Notes: generated by a model from the letters alone, not told the origin. DNA of 64,000 nucleotides from Dehalococcoidia bacterium (GCA_963666415.2 CAXXPD010000003.1:1501907-1565906), one strand, 5' to 3'. Numbered from the stretch's first letter, positions 19,003 through 29,162 are shown. Numbers and translations: made by a program.

Positions 19003-19875
19003 ATGGCACCGACTATTGAAGACATCATCCTGAACCACGACCGGCGTGGAATCGGCGCGCTGCGGCCCCACCTGCCCGCCGATTTTTGCACCCAGACGGC
19101 TCGATACGCGCTGGCGCATCCCGGGCCAGTGTTGATTGTAACCGGGTTCTACATCCTGATGAGCGATGCACCGGAAACCGACGGCCCGCCCGGGGCGTTC
19201 GCCATTGGCGACGCGTTGGCTAGTCTGGGGCGCTCCGTAGCCTACGTCGCCGACCAACCGATGGCCGGGATGATGACGTCCTGGTTGGCCAACCAGCAAA
19301 ACGCATCGCCGGTGCTGGATTATGCAATCAGCGACGATCAATTTGCTAACGAACGTAGCGCCGCCGACATCGTGGGTGGGCACAACCCGACGCTGGTCAT
19401 CTCCATCGAGAGGTGCGCACCCGACTCGAGTGGCATCTATCGCAATATGCGCGGAGTAGACATTTCCCCCCAAACCGCGCGCGTCGACCGGCTTTTTGGC
19501 TTGGGGTTGCCGTCGATCGGCATCGGCGATGGCGGCAACGAAATTGGGATGGGCAACCTGGCTAGCGTGGTTCGAGATGCCGACCGCCTGCCGGACCACC
19601 CGGCGGTTACCCGCTGCGACCAGCTGATTGCGGCCAGTACATCCAACTGGGGTGGGTACGGTTTGGTGGCGGCCCTGTCCGTGGAGGTGGGACGCAACCT
19701 GCTACCCGACATCGAAACTGACGCGGCCTGCATCCGCTACCTGGTAGACGCCGGCGCGGTGAGCGGCGTAAGCGGTGAACACGATTACCTGGTTGACGAG
19801 TTCACGCTGGAAGAAAATGCCGCAGTGCTGAGCGAACTGCATGACTATGTGGGCGGTCAATTGCAAATCCGGTAG
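19003..19875 (+). CDS. DUF4392 (D-glutamate cyclase-like C-terminal domain) protein
   Basis: Pattern ETDGPPGA ... GIGDGGNEIGMG ... TSNWGGYG recalled for DUF4392. Lies 15 nt downstream of the DUF1445 gene. Confidence 0.65.
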   Translation: MAPTIEDIILNHDRRGIGALRPHLPADFCTQTARYALAHPGPVLIVTGFYILMSDAPETDGPPGAFAIGDALASLGRSVAYVADQPMAGMMTSWLANQQNASPVLDYAISDDQFANERSAADIVGGHNPTLVISIERCAPDSSGIYRNMRGVDISPQTARVDRLFGLGLPSIGIGDGGNEIGMGNLASVVRDADRLPDHPAVTRCDQLIAASTSNWGGYGLVAALSVEVGRNLLPDIETDAACIRYLVDAGAVSGVSGEHDYLVDEFTLEENAAVLSELHDYVGGQLQIR

Positions 19876-19898
19876 CGCCCTGGGGTTAGGAACCTCCG

Positions 19899-21013
19899 AT
19901 GGGCAACCGCAAATACTGCGGCAACAAAGCCGGGTTTATGCGGGCCATGCACAAAGAATGTGCGACCGCTCATGAGGCTGGATGGCAACGCATAGTGACC
20001 TTGGCGACGGACGCGGCCGGCAAGTCGGATATAAACGAAGCGGTTTTGTTGGATGAATTGTCCGCTGTGGCCCGGGGTTCATTCAGCGCCGATGACGCCA
20101 TCGGCGCTGCCCTCGCTGAGGGGTGGCATCAGGCCGTCAAAGAGAGTTTGGCAGACGGGTTGTTGACTGTGAATGAAGAAACCCGGCTGCAGGATTTTCG
20201 CGATAGATTCGCGTTGGACACTCAGGGTAACCCCGGCCGAATCGCCAACGCCCAACTACAGCAGGCGGTCCGGGACCGACTGGTGTTGGACGCCAGATTG
20301 GCGGCGTTGGCAACCCACGACGGAAATACGCACCGGACCGAACTGGCGGCTATGCTGGGCGAATCGCAGCTGTCGTCGACCGAGCGGCGATTGTTGCTGG
20401 TACAGGCATGGGAAGCTGCTGTTGAAAGTTCCCTGAAAAATGGCGTTCTTTCACTGGACGAGGAAGATGCTCTGGACAGCTACTTGCGCCATTTCGACTT
20501 GTCCGAAACAGATGTTGATGTCAACGGCGCTTACCAGAAAATGGTCAAGTCCGTGGTCATCAGGGAGGCGGCGGAAGGGATTGTTCCCGACCGCTTGAAG
20601 GTTACCAGTGATGTCCCGTTCAACCTGATGAAATCGGAGCAGCTGGTGTGGTTGATTAGCGGCGTTAAATACTACGAGGTCAAGACCCGGCGACGACGCC
20701 AGGGCCACCTCCCACGGATTGAGTATCCGGGTCGCCAAGGGACTGTACTACCTGCCCAGCGCCTTTAGCAGCCAGTCGGTGGAGTGGTAGGAGACCGTTC
20801 ACTAGGATACCGGGCTTTTGGGCGTAACCAGCAAGCACATTTACTTCCACGGTCCCCGCAAGCGGTTCCGCGTGCGCTATGACCGCATTGTGTCCTTTGA
20901 GCCTTACCGCGACGGCATCGGCATTATGCGCGACGACCGAACCGCAGACTTTTCAGACCGGCGACGGCTGGTTCATCTACAATCTGGTGACCAACCTGGC
21001 GCAACAGTCGTAG
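19899..21013 (+). pseudogene. Disrupted gene of unknown function (two +1 frameshifts and two in-frame TAG)
   Basis: Frame 0 is open from 19899 to about 20700. The protein-like reading continues in frame +1 (HGLSIRVAKGLYYLPSAFSSQSVEW*ETVH*DTGLLGVTSKHIYFHGPRKRFRVRYDRIVSFEPYRDGIGIMRD), with TAG at 20788-20790 and 20803-20805. It then continues in frame +2 (TEPQTFQTGDGWFIYNLVTNLAQQS*), ending at 21013. Confidence 0.7.
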
Positions 21014-21024
21014 GGATTGCTCCG

Positions 21025-23025
21025 CTACCTGATTGCCAACATCTTCTCTTCGACCACCAGCAGTTTTTTGAGTTCCAGCATTTCGTCGCGCAGGTGAGCC
21101 GCCTTTTCGAATTCCAGTGAACGGGCTGCCTCCTTCATCTGAAACTCCAGGTCCTTGACCACCCGGTACATGTCATCCCGGGACATCTCTTCCCGGGCAA
21201 CCTGATACGCCGCCTTGTTTTCGGCGACGCCGCGAAGATCGTCGGTCAGGTCTTTTACCGCCTTGTGAATGGATTGGGGCTCAATCCCGTGCCGTTGGTT
21301 GTGCGCGTGTTGAATGTCACGTCGACGGTAGGTCTCGTCGATGGCGCGTCGCATGGAATCTGTAACGCGGTCAGCATACATGATGACGTGGCCGGAGGAA
21401 TGACGGGCGGCGCGTCCAATGGTCTGGACCAGCGCCGTGGTGGAACGCAAGTACCCCTCTTTGTCGGCGTCGAGTATCGCAACCAGGCTGACTTCCGGCA
21501 GGTCGAGGCCTTCCCGCAGCAGGTTGATGCCCACCACCACGTCATAGATTCCCAAACGCAAATCTCGCAGGATTTCGATGCGATTCAGGGTTTCTATATC
21601 GGAGTGCAAATAATGATTGCGAATCCCCGCTTCCGACAGGTAGTCGGCGAGTTCTTCGGCCATGCGCTTGGTTAGTGTCGTTACCAGCACGCGTTCCTGC
21701 GCGTCGATCCGCAGCCGAATTTCGTGCAGAAGGTCGTCGATTTGACCGGTGGTAGGCTTAACTTCAACCGTCGGGTCCAGCAATCCCGTGGGCCGGATCA
21801 CCTGCTCAACTACGGTGCTGCATTTTTCCAGTTCCAGCGGGCCCGGTGTAGCGGATACATAAACAATCTGGTTGATGTGGTCTTCAAATTCCTTGAAGTG
21901 CAACGGCCGATTGTCCAGCGCGGACGGCAGCCGGAACCCGAATTCCACCAGCGTGTTTTTGCGCGAGATGTCGCCGTTATACATACCCCGTACTTGCGGA
22001 AGCGTCATGTGCGACTCGTCCACGAACATCAGGTAGTCATTCGGGAAGTAATCCAGCAACGTCCAGGGCGGACTGCCCGCTTCGCGACGGGAAAGGTGGC
22101 GCGCGTAGTTTTCGACGCCGGCGCAGAACCCGGTTTCGTCCAGCATTTCCATGTCGTAGCGGGTGCGTTGTTCCAGGCGCTGAGCTTCGAGCAACTTGCC
22201 CTGTTCCCGGAACCATGCGACCCGTTCGTGCATCTCCGCCTCAATGTCGATCAGCGCGGCGTCCAGCTTTTCGCGACTGGTTACAAAGTGCTTGGCCGGG
22301 TAAACGGCAAAATCCTGGCGCTCGTTGAGAACCTCGCCGGTGAGAGTGTCCAGCGTCAGGATCCGCTCCACTTCGTCCCCAAAGAACTGGATGCGCACCG
22401 CGAACTCCTCGTAGGCCGGTACGATTTCCAGGGTATCGCCGCGCACGGTGAACCGGCCGCGCGCCAGGTCGGTGTCATTGCGCTCGTACTGCATATCAAT
22501 TAACTGGCGCAGCAGCGCGCGACGGTTGTACTCCTGACCTACTTCGACCTGCGCGACCATCTCGAAGTAGTCGGATGGGTCTCCCAAACCGTAGATGCAC
22601 GACACTGAGGCTACGATCAGGGTGTCCCGCCGGGTGAGCAACGACGTGGTGGACGCCAGGCGCAGTTTGTCCAGCTCCTCGTTAACGCTGCTGTCCTTTT
22701 CGATGTAGGTATCGGTGCGAGGGATGTAGGCTTCAGGTTGGTAGTAATCGTAGTAGGAAACGAAGTATTCAACGGCATTGTGGGGGAAGAATTCCTTGAA
22801 TTCGGTGGCCAACTGTGCCGCCAGTGTCTTGTTGTGGGCCATCACAATAGTGGGTCGTTGTACCTGCTGCACAATGTTGGCCATGGTAAACGTCTTGCCG
22901 CTACCGGTAACGCCGAGCAGGGTTTGATGACCCAGGCCCTCACTGATGCCTGCCGCAAGTTTCTCCACCGCCTGCGGTTGGTCTCCCATCAATCCGAAAT
23001 CGGCTACCAGCTGAAAATCAGCCAT
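21025..23025 (-). CDS. uvrB: Excinuclease ABC subunit B
   Basis: [12 protein letters not shown] and a C-terminal UVR domain. The ORF track extends to 23088, but the ATG at 23025 (MADFQLV) has a GGAG RBS and matches canonical UvrB N-termini. Confidence 0.95.
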   Translation of the reverse strand: MADFQLVADFGLMGDQPQAVEKLAAGISEGLGHQTLLGVTGSGKTFTMANIVQQVQRPTIVMAHNKTLAAQLATEFKEFFPHNAVEYFVSYYDYYQPEAYIPRTDTYIEKDSSVNEELDKLRLASTTSLLTRRDTLIVASVSCIYGLGDPSDYFEMVAQVEVGQEYNRRALLRQLIDMQYERNDTDLARGRFTVRGDTLEIVPAYEEFAVRIQFFGDEVERILTLDTLTGEVLNERQDFAVYPAKHFVTSREKLDAALIDIEAEMHERVAWFREQGKLLEAQRLEQRTRYDMEMLDETGFCAGVENYARHLSRREAGSPPWTLLDYFPNDYLMFVDESHMTLPQVRGMYNGDISRKNTLVEFGFRLPSALDNRPLHFKEFEDHINQIVYVSATPGPLELEKCSTVVEQVIRPTGLLDPTVEVKPTTGQIDDLLHEIRLRIDAQERVLVTTLTKRMAEELADYLSEAGIRNHYLHSDIETLNRIEILRDLRLGIYDVVVGINLLREGLDLPEVSLVAILDADKEGYLRSTTALVQTIGRAARHSSGHVIMYADRVTDSMRRAIDETYRRRDIQHAHNQRHGIEPQSIHKAVKDLTDDLRGVAENKAAYQVAREEMSRDDMYRVVKDLEFQMKEAARSLEFEKAAHLRDEMLELKKLLVVEEKMLAIR

Positions 23026-23156
23026 TTCCTCAGCTCCGGGTACAGTGGCTCCGGGTACCTGAGCGCCTGTCAGGTTAGCGCCGGGCAAGTTCCAATCGGG
23101 TTCGATTATACCGGAATACCCGTCGGTTCATGTTGTGTCGCTGACGCTGTGGAGTG

Positions 23157-23741
23157 TCAACCGCCTCCAATCCGCATCAACGCCCGTCGTATCTTGTCTT
23201 CGGTGGAGGCGTCGGATGGGAGGTCCAGCGCCGCTACTGATTGGCGGGCATCTGCCAAGGACATTCCCAAGGCCGTGAGGGCTTCCACGACATCTACGTC
23301 GCCGTCTACTCTGCTGCTGCCGCCCTCGTCAGCATCCGCTGCGGGCAACTTCCCGCGCAGTTCCAGCACGATGCGCTGGGCAGTGCGCCGACCCACGCCC
23401 TGCGCCCGGCTCAATGCTGCAACATCTTCGGCGGCGATAGCCTGGCGAAAACCATCTTCTCCCAACTCCGACAGCACGGACATTGCCGAACGCGGTCCGA
23501 TGCCGGACACGCTGGTCAACGCGGCGAACAACTCCACCGCACCAGCATCCGAGAATCCGTACAAAACTGGTTGCTCGTTCTGGATACGCAACACCGTGTT
23601 GAGCCGTACCGGCGTTCCTATTGAGCCCAACGCGTCGATGGCTGATGCCGGAACAAACACCTGCAGTGTGATTCCGCCGACCTGCACGTTGACCCAATCT
23701 GGCCCAACGGCTTCCAGCGCGCCACGCACGCCGACCAGCAC
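23157..23741 (-). CDS. ruvA: Holliday junction DNA helicase RuvA
   Basis: GVGPRSAMSVLS / GVGRRTAQRIVLEL helix-hairpin-helix motifs. Confidence 0.93.
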   Translation of the reverse strand: MLVGVRGALEAVGPDWVNVQVGGITLQVFVPASAIDALGSIGTPVRLNTVLRIQNEQPVLYGFSDAGAVELFAALTSVSGIGPRSAMSVLSELGEDGFRQAIAAEDVAALSRAQGVGRRTAQRIVLELRGKLPAADADEGGSSRVDGDVDVVEALTALGMSLADARQSVAALDLPSDASTEDKIRRALMRIGGG

Positions 23742-23744
23742 CGG

Positions 23745-24281
23745 TTAGCGTTCCTCGCCCGGCCTGATCTCCCGCAACGCCAAATCTCCGGGACTGGTTT
23801 CAAACAGGTGGCACAATCCCACGGCGAGCGCGTCGGCAGCATCGGATTCCGGAATCGTGGTCAGGCCCAGAGTAGAAGCCGTCATCCGCTGCACCTGCTC
23901 CTTGGTGGCGGCGCCGTAATCGGTTACTGCGCGTTTCACGGTGGCCGGTGCGTACCGGTGCACTGGGATTCCCTGGCTGGCCGCGCCAATCAACACGACT
24001 GCCTGCGCCTGTCCGATCGCGAGCGCCGATTTTATGAACGCGCGCTCGCCTTTGCCGACGAATGGGTCTTCGACCGCAATGGTGTCGGGCTGGAAGATGT
24101 GGATCATGTTCAGGATGTGGCTATGGAGTTGGTACAACCGGTTCTCGATGGGCATGGACGCCGGTAGGGCTACTACGCCGTAATCATCGGCTTCCGGGGT
24201 GGGGGATCCATCGAGAACGGCGTAACCCATACGCAGAGTCCCTGGATCGATGGCCAATACGCGCATTGAATAAACGGGCAC
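23745..24281 (-). CDS. ruvC: Crossover junction endodeoxyribonuclease RuvC
   Basis: RVLAIDPGTLRMGYAV N-terminus and ADALAVGLCH near the C-terminus. Confidence 0.93.
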   Translation of the reverse strand: MPVYSMRVLAIDPGTLRMGYAVLDGSPTPEADDYGVVALPASMPIENRLYQLHSHILNMIHIFQPDTIAVEDPFVGKGERAFIKSALAIGQAQAVVLIGAASQGIPVHRYAPATVKRAVTDYGAATKEQVQRMTASTLGLTTIPESDAADALAVGLCHLFETSPGDLALREIRPGEER

Positions 24282-24296
24282 GAAATACGCCGGGCT

Positions 24297-25064
24297 TTAC
24301 GCCGACGCGCCGTATCGCTCCAAAACTTCGGCGGGGAAATCGGCGTTGGTATAGGCTTTTTGAACGTCAGCTAGTTCTTCCAGTCCATCCAGCAATCGTA
24401 GGGTTTGCTCCGCCGCCTTGGCGTCTAGCGGAATGATCGTTTTCGGGACCATGGACAGGTCGGCCGATGACGGTTCGGCTCCTTCTTTCTCCAGCGCCAT
24501 TTTCACCGATAGCAGATGTTCCGGGGAAGTGAACACCTCGAGAATACCGTCCTCAAATTTCACATCGTCGGCTTCTGCGTCAATGGCCGCCAGGCTCAAT
24601 TCCTCGGCAACCAACGGATCATCTATCTCCAGCGTGATGACACCGCGCGACTCGAAGTTCCAGGCTACGCAGCCGGAGTCACCAAGGTTACCGCCGGTTT
24701 TGTTGAACAATGACCTGACTTCGGACGCCGTGCGGTTCCGGTTGGTAGTGAGGGCTTTCACCAAAATGGCTCCACCGTCGGGGCCGTACCCTTCGTAGGT
24801 AACCTCGTCGAAGTCTTCCATCCCTTCGCCCCCTTCACCGCTGGCGCGGCGAACGGCCCGATTGATGTTGTCCAGCGGCATATTGGCGGACTTGGCCTGA
24901 TCGATGGCGATACGCAGCCGGAAGTTCATCTCCGCATCACCGCCGCCGCCTTCTTTAACGGCCAGCGAGATGTTGCGGGCAAGCTTGGTGAATAGGGCTC
25001 CGCGCTTGGTGTCATTCGCGCCTTTTTGCCGTTTAATGGTAGACCACTTAGAATGGCCGGACAT
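24297..25064 (-). CDS. YebC/PmpR family DNA-binding transcriptional regulator
   Basis: MSGHSKWSTIKRQKGANDTKRG signature N-terminus. Confidence 0.93.
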   Translation of the reverse strand: MSGHSKWSTIKRQKGANDTKRGALFTKLARNISLAVKEGGGGDAEMNFRLRIAIDQAKSANMPLDNINRAVRRASGEGGEGMEDFDEVTYEGYGPDGGAILVKALTTNRNRTASEVRSLFNKTGGNLGDSGCVAWNFESRGVITLEIDDPLVAEELSLAAIDAEADDVKFEDGILEVFTSPEHLLSVKMALEKEGAEPSSADLSMVPKTIIPLDAKAAEQTLRLLDGLEELADVQKAYTNADFPAEVLERYGASA

Positions 25065-25123
25065 ATCACCACCTCCTTGCTGCCTTTAGCGCACGGCAAT
25101 ATCTCGAAACTCCCCGCTAAGTT

Positions 25124-25141
25124 GGATGCAATCGTGCATCC
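25124..25141. promoter_or_regulatory. 7-4-7 inverted repeat in the divergent yebC / MATE intergenic region
   Basis: GGATGCA-ATCG-TGCATCC with perfect arms. Candidate operator or small hairpin. Confidence 0.3.
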
Positions 25142-25212
25142 GAATCACGATAATCATGTTTGTTGATTGTAGCACTCGCCGTCGAACCGGGTCAAAATAG
25201 CCCGCTACCAGC

Positions 25213-26643
25213 ATGTCGGAAGTTCAACCATCCAGCCCGCAGGCAACGCACCAGGCTGACGCGATGGGCACCGCGCCCATGTGGCGTCTGCTTGCTACGA
25301 TGTCGGTGCCGCCAACGCTGGCCATCGTGGTAATGGCGATGTACAGCATTGTTGATCGCGCCTTCGTCGGCAACGCTGTCGGTGTGGACGCATTGAGCGG
25401 GCTATCAGCCGCGTTCCCGGCGCAATTGCTGGCGGTGGGCCTCGGGTTGCTAACGGGCCTGGGCGGAATGTCCGTAATCTCCCGGGCGTTAGGAGCCCGG
25501 AACGTCGCCCTCGCCTCGCGGGTAGTCGGGTCTGCGCTGGCAATCACCGTGCCGTTGTATCTGGTGGTGGCCGTGGTTGGGCTTACCCAACTCCAGTCGT
25601 TGGTCGACCTGATGGGCGCCTCCACTGAAACCGCCGTTTACGCACGTCAGTATCTGGTCATCATCTTGCCGGGCTCCTTGCTGGTGATGGTATCCATGAC
25701 CTGCAACAACTTCCTGATGGCGGAGGGGCGCCCGCCTATTGCGATGCTGCTGATGGCAGGAGGCGCCGTCATCAATATCGCGCTGGATGCGCTGTTTGTG
25801 CTGGTCCTTGGCTGGGGTGTCTCCGGGGCCGCGGCGGCAACGGTCATTTCCCAGGGCGTAGCCGTCGGTTACATGGTGTGGTTCTATCTGTCGGGACGCA
25901 GCGCCTTGAGAATCAACCGGGATGCGCTGTGCCCCAGACTTGGGCTGATCTGGCAGATCATTACGTTGGGAGCGCCAATCTGCATCATCGAGGTTGCCCG
26001 CAGTTTCATCGTCGTTGTCATCAACAACATTCTCAGCGGTTATGCGAAGGGCGACGGATACATCGCGCTGTTCGGCGCCATAAACTCCGTTCTGGAGCTG
26101 GCGCTGGCGCCGTTTATTGGTGTTGCACTGGCCTACTTGCCGCTGGCCGCCTACAACTACGGAGCCAGGCGCTACGACCGGGTACGCCAGGCCATCTGGC
26201 AAAGCTGCGTTGGGGCCGTCATCGCTGGCGCGATCTTGATTGGCGTGATAGCGGCAATGTCAGCATACGTCATCAGAATCTTTGCCGAGCCCGGGGCCCT
26301 CCCCGCTGAGGCGTCATCCGCTTTGCGAGTGGTGCTGATCGCGTTGCCCATCGTTGGCGTCGAATTCGTGAGTTCAATCTCATTTCAGGCGTTGGGCAAA
26401 GCCTGGCAATCGGTGGCGCTGACCATTACGCAGCGTGTAATCTTCCTCCTGGCGTTCCTGAGCGTGATGTCCGCAACGCTGGGTGTTTGGGGGGTGTGGT
26501 GGTCTTTCCCGGCAACCGACATTGCCGCCACATTGCTGGGATGCGGGGCGTTGGCAATTGTGTGGAGACGCGCGGAACGGTGGGGCGAGGCCGACTATAT
26601 CAGAGCGTCAGCCGACTTTGACATCGCCGGCGGTGGGCAGTAG
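25213..26643 (+). CDS. MATE family efflux transporter
   Basis: About 12 hydrophobic segments, 476 aa, and MATE-like N-terminal pattern (MYSIVDRAFVG). Confidence 0.85.
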   Translation: MSEVQPSSPQATHQADAMGTAPMWRLLATMSVPPTLAIVVMAMYSIVDRAFVGNAVGVDALSGLSAAFPAQLLAVGLGLLTGLGGMSVISRALGARNVALASRVVGSALAITVPLYLVVAVVGLTQLQSLVDLMGASTETAVYARQYLVIILPGSLLVMVSMTCNNFLMAEGRPPIAMLLMAGGAVINIALDALFVLVLGWGVSGAAAATVISQGVAVGYMVWFYLSGRSALRINRDALCPRLGLIWQIITLGAPICIIEVARSFIVVVINNILSGYAKGDGYIALFGAINSVLELALAPFIGVALAYLPLAAYNYGARRYDRVRQAIWQSCVGAVIAGAILIGVIAAMSAYVIRIFAEPGALPAEASSALRVVLIALPIVGVEFVSSISFQALGKAWQSVALTITQRVIFLLAFLSVMSATLGVWGVWWSFPATDIAATLLGCGALAIVWRRAERWGEADYIRASADFDIAGGGQ

Positions 26644-26697
26644 CATTACGCGCATCTGCTGATACCCACATTTCGACCGGATTACAGGAGGCCAACC

Positions 26698-27159
26698 ATG
26701 GCAATGAATTCATCCGGAGTGTCCCACATCGCCGTCTGCGTGCGCGACCTGGACAAGGCTCTGGCGTTCTATCGTGACATACTGGGCATGACCGTTACCG
26801 TAGACCGGGTGCAGGACACCTCGACCGGGGGCCTGCCCCACGTGTACGCCCACAACCGGTCGACGCGACGACAGGCGGTTCTGTCTTTCGGCGACGGAGC
26901 GGTTCCGACTCTGGTGATGACCAGCCACCCCGGCGACGACGCTGACGGTGCGCCAATCAAGCTGGACCAGGTAGGAATCAGCCACATCTCGTTCTCGGTG
27001 CCGGACGTCAAGGCGCTGGCGGACGAACTCATCAGCAAGGGTGTTGAACTGGCCGGACCGATGGATGGATTCGTCAACCCCAACGGGGAAGTGTCGAGCA
27101 TCTTTGTTTACGATCCGGACGGCATCCTCGTGCAGTTCGATAGCGGAGCCGGCGGCTGA
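26698..27159 (+). CDS. VOC (glyoxalase/bleomycin resistance/dioxygenase) family protein
   Basis: GVSHIAVCVRDLDKALAFYRDILGM ... GISHISF ... DPDGILVQF. Confidence 0.85.
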   Translation: MAMNSSGVSHIAVCVRDLDKALAFYRDILGMTVTVDRVQDTSTGGLPHVYAHNRSTRRQAVLSFGDGAVPTLVMTSHPGDDADGAPIKLDQVGISHISFSVPDVKALADELISKGVELAGPMDGFVNPNGEVSSIFVYDPDGILVQFDSGAGG

Positions 27160-27240
27160 TTCCCCGGCGCAACTGCCACGAACGCCTGCAACCGCCGGAC
27201 TCTCACCAACCGGGGCTCTTTCAACAAGGAAAATCACCTC

Positions 27241-27696
27241 ATGCCAATGAACGCTTCCGGAGTCTCTCACATCGCCATCTGTGTGGCCGACCTTGACGTT
27301 TCGCTGAAGTTCTACTGCGACGTCCTCGGAATGTCGGTGGTCAGCGACCTCATCCAGGACACGACCACGGGCGGCCTTCCTCACGTGTACGCACACGATC
27401 GCAACACTCGCCGCCAAGTGCGGTTGGCCTACGCCAACGGAGCCAAACCGACGTTGACCATGACCTGCCACCCCGGTGAATCTGCGGATGGCACGCCCAT
27501 CAAACTCGACCAGGTGGGCATCAGCCACATTTCCTTCAGAGTTCCCGACCCCCGGGCGCTGGCCGAAAACCTGGCTGCTCAGGGCGTGCCGCTGGCAGCG
27601 CCGATGGACGTATGGACCAATGCCGACGGCAAGGTAAGCAGTTTCTACGTCTACGACCCCGACGGCATCCTCGTACAGTTTGACGCCGGAGGATGA
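27241..27696 (+). CDS. VOC family protein (tandem paralog)
   Basis: About 65% identical by eye to the preceding gene product over its full length. Confidence 0.85.
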   Translation: MPMNASGVSHIAICVADLDVSLKFYCDVLGMSVVSDLIQDTTTGGLPHVYAHDRNTRRQVRLAYANGAKPTLTMTCHPGESADGTPIKLDQVGISHISFRVPDPRALAENLAAQGVPLAAPMDVWTNADGKVSSFYVYDPDGILVQFDAGG

Positions 27697-27700
27697 CGTT

Positions 27701-28243
27701 ATGTCGCACCACTACGACGAACACGATCACGACAAACTGGTGCGGTGGCGCGAGGAGTTGGCCGAGGCCGACGTGCCCGGCAGCGAATTTTCAGTTGCGG
27801 CGCTCTTCCTGGTGAAACCCACCGCCACCGGCGCTCACGAAGTGTTCCGCAAGTTTCGAGAAGTGTTCGAAGAACGGAGCGCGCCTTTTGCCAATCTCGT
27901 CGTTTTCGGTATGCACGGGGTGTCCGCCACTGTGCGTGCATTGCTGCAAGAGGCGGGTTTGTCAGAAAGCGACCTGCCCGTGTTGCTAATGGCTCCCACC
28001 AACGAACCGGAAAACTGCATTGCCCTCACGCTACCCTCCGGCGAAAGCCTGGAGGGTGGCGACGACCCCAACGCCGACGGCACCTGCGATTTTGTTGCGC
28101 CGTGGCAGGATGTTCTCGACCGCATCCGCATTACCCGGGATAGCCGCCCCCTGCGCCTCATGGGCGTCCAGGGCCGCAAGTTGCCCGGTGTCGAAATCAC
28201 CCGCCTGGCGGAAGCTGCCCTGGGAACCGGGACTTTGGGATAG
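27701..28243 (+). CDS. Hypothetical protein with His/Asp-rich N-terminus
   Basis: The ATG at 27701 is preceded by GGAGGA and lies 4 nt after the VOC stop. Good GC3 bias. No family recognised. Confidence 0.55.
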   Translation: MSHHYDEHDHDKLVRWREELAEADVPGSEFSVAALFLVKPTATGAHEVFRKFREVFEERSAPFANLVVFGMHGVSATVRALLQEAGLSESDLPVLLMAPTNEPENCIALTLPSGESLEGGDDPNADGTCDFVAPWQDVLDRIRITRDSRPLRLMGVQGRKLPGVEITRLAEAALGTGTLG

Positions 28244-28269
28244 GGCGGAGGATTGCGATGTCTCCGCCC
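28243..28269. terminator. Hairpin between convergent genes
   Basis: GGGCGGAG (28243-28250) pairs with CTCCGCCC (28262-28269). No clear U-tract. Confidence 0.35.
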
Positions 28270-28292
28270 CGCCGTTTAGTTAGTGCAGCAGC

Positions 28293-29162
28293 CTAGCGCC
28301 GAACCAGTTTGACCAGCCGGCTCCCTTCCTGATTGTGGCCGATGTACAGGTCGCCGTGGGAGTCTGCCCATACTGCGTGGCCACCGGACCCACCGATGTC
28401 CATCTTGGCCAGTACTTCGCCATACATGTTAAGCACGGTCAGGAAGGCGTCCAGCTCCACCACGTAGGCGATGCCGTCAGGGTCGACGTAGATGTCGCAC
28501 GGGCGCGCCAAATCGGTCCACATATCCAGATATTCACCTTCGCCGGTGAAAATCTGCATTCGGTTGTTCTCCCGGTCGCACACCAGCACGCGGCCATCCC
28601 AATGCACCCAGATGCCGTGGGGGATGTGAAACTCACCCGGCCCACGCTTGCCGGGGCGACCCCAGGAATGCAGCAAACGACCATCGGGCGAGAACCGATG
28701 CACCCGGCTGTTGGCATACCCGTCGGATACGAACAGGTCGCCGTTGGGGGCCAGGGCGATGTCGGTGCAGCGGTTGAACGGCCCAGCGGCCTTCCACATC
28801 GTGCCGTCCGGGCGCGCGCCGCCCGTGTCAGATGGGGCATCCCATACGCCCATCGTCATCAAAGGTTTGCCGTCCAGCGTACATTTCACGATCGCGTGGG
28901 ACTCCCGCACCGGCAAATACACGTGGTCCTCACCGCTGATGAAGATGCCGTGGGCGTCGGTCAGATACTCCCGACCCCACTCGTTCAGGAAATTGCCGTC
29001 CCGGTCGAATATCATGAGCGGGTGGTCTCCGCGGTTGAACACGTACACCCGATCTTGTGAGTCGCAGGCGGGTTCTGCCTGTCCGATCGACCAGCCATCT
29101 GGGGTTTTGGCCCAGTTGTCCAGAACGTCGTAAGTGAATTCGCCGCTGCCTACTGTCGCCAT
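28293..29162 (-). CDS. NHL-repeat beta-propeller protein (peptidyl-alpha-hydroxyglycine lyase-like)
   Basis: Repeated D..G.I/LYV.D..N.R motifs (DLFVSDGYANSRVHRF, VLVCDRENNRMQIF, IAYVVE). Confidence 0.6.
   Translation of the reverse strand: MATVGSGEFTYDVLDNWAKTPDGWSIGQAEPACDSQDRVYVFNRGDHPLMIFDRDGNFLNEWGREYLTDAHGIFISGEDHVYLPVRESHAIVKCTLDGKPLMTMGVWDAPSDTGGARPDGTMWKAAGPFNRCTDIALAPNGDLFVSDGYANSRVHRFSPDGRLLHSWGRPGKRGPGEFHIPHGIWVHWDGRVLVCDRENNRMQIFTGEGEYLDMWTDLARPCDIYVDPDGIAYVVELDAFLTVLNMYGEVLAKMDIGGSGGHAVWADSHGDLYIGHNQEGSRLVKLVRR

Noticed and set aside
20788-20805. The idea that TAG is recoded (amber read-through or pyrrolysine), because all three premature stops in the window (20788, 20803, 30026) are TAG.
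   Set aside because: TAG is used as the genuine terminator of several well-defined genes here. Examples are the aminotransferase at 801 followed by a terminator, cofH at 7918, yloV at 13757 followed 7 nt later by degV, and the DUF4392 gene at 19873. The affected genes also carry frameshifts, and no pyl genes or CUA-anticodon tRNA were seen.
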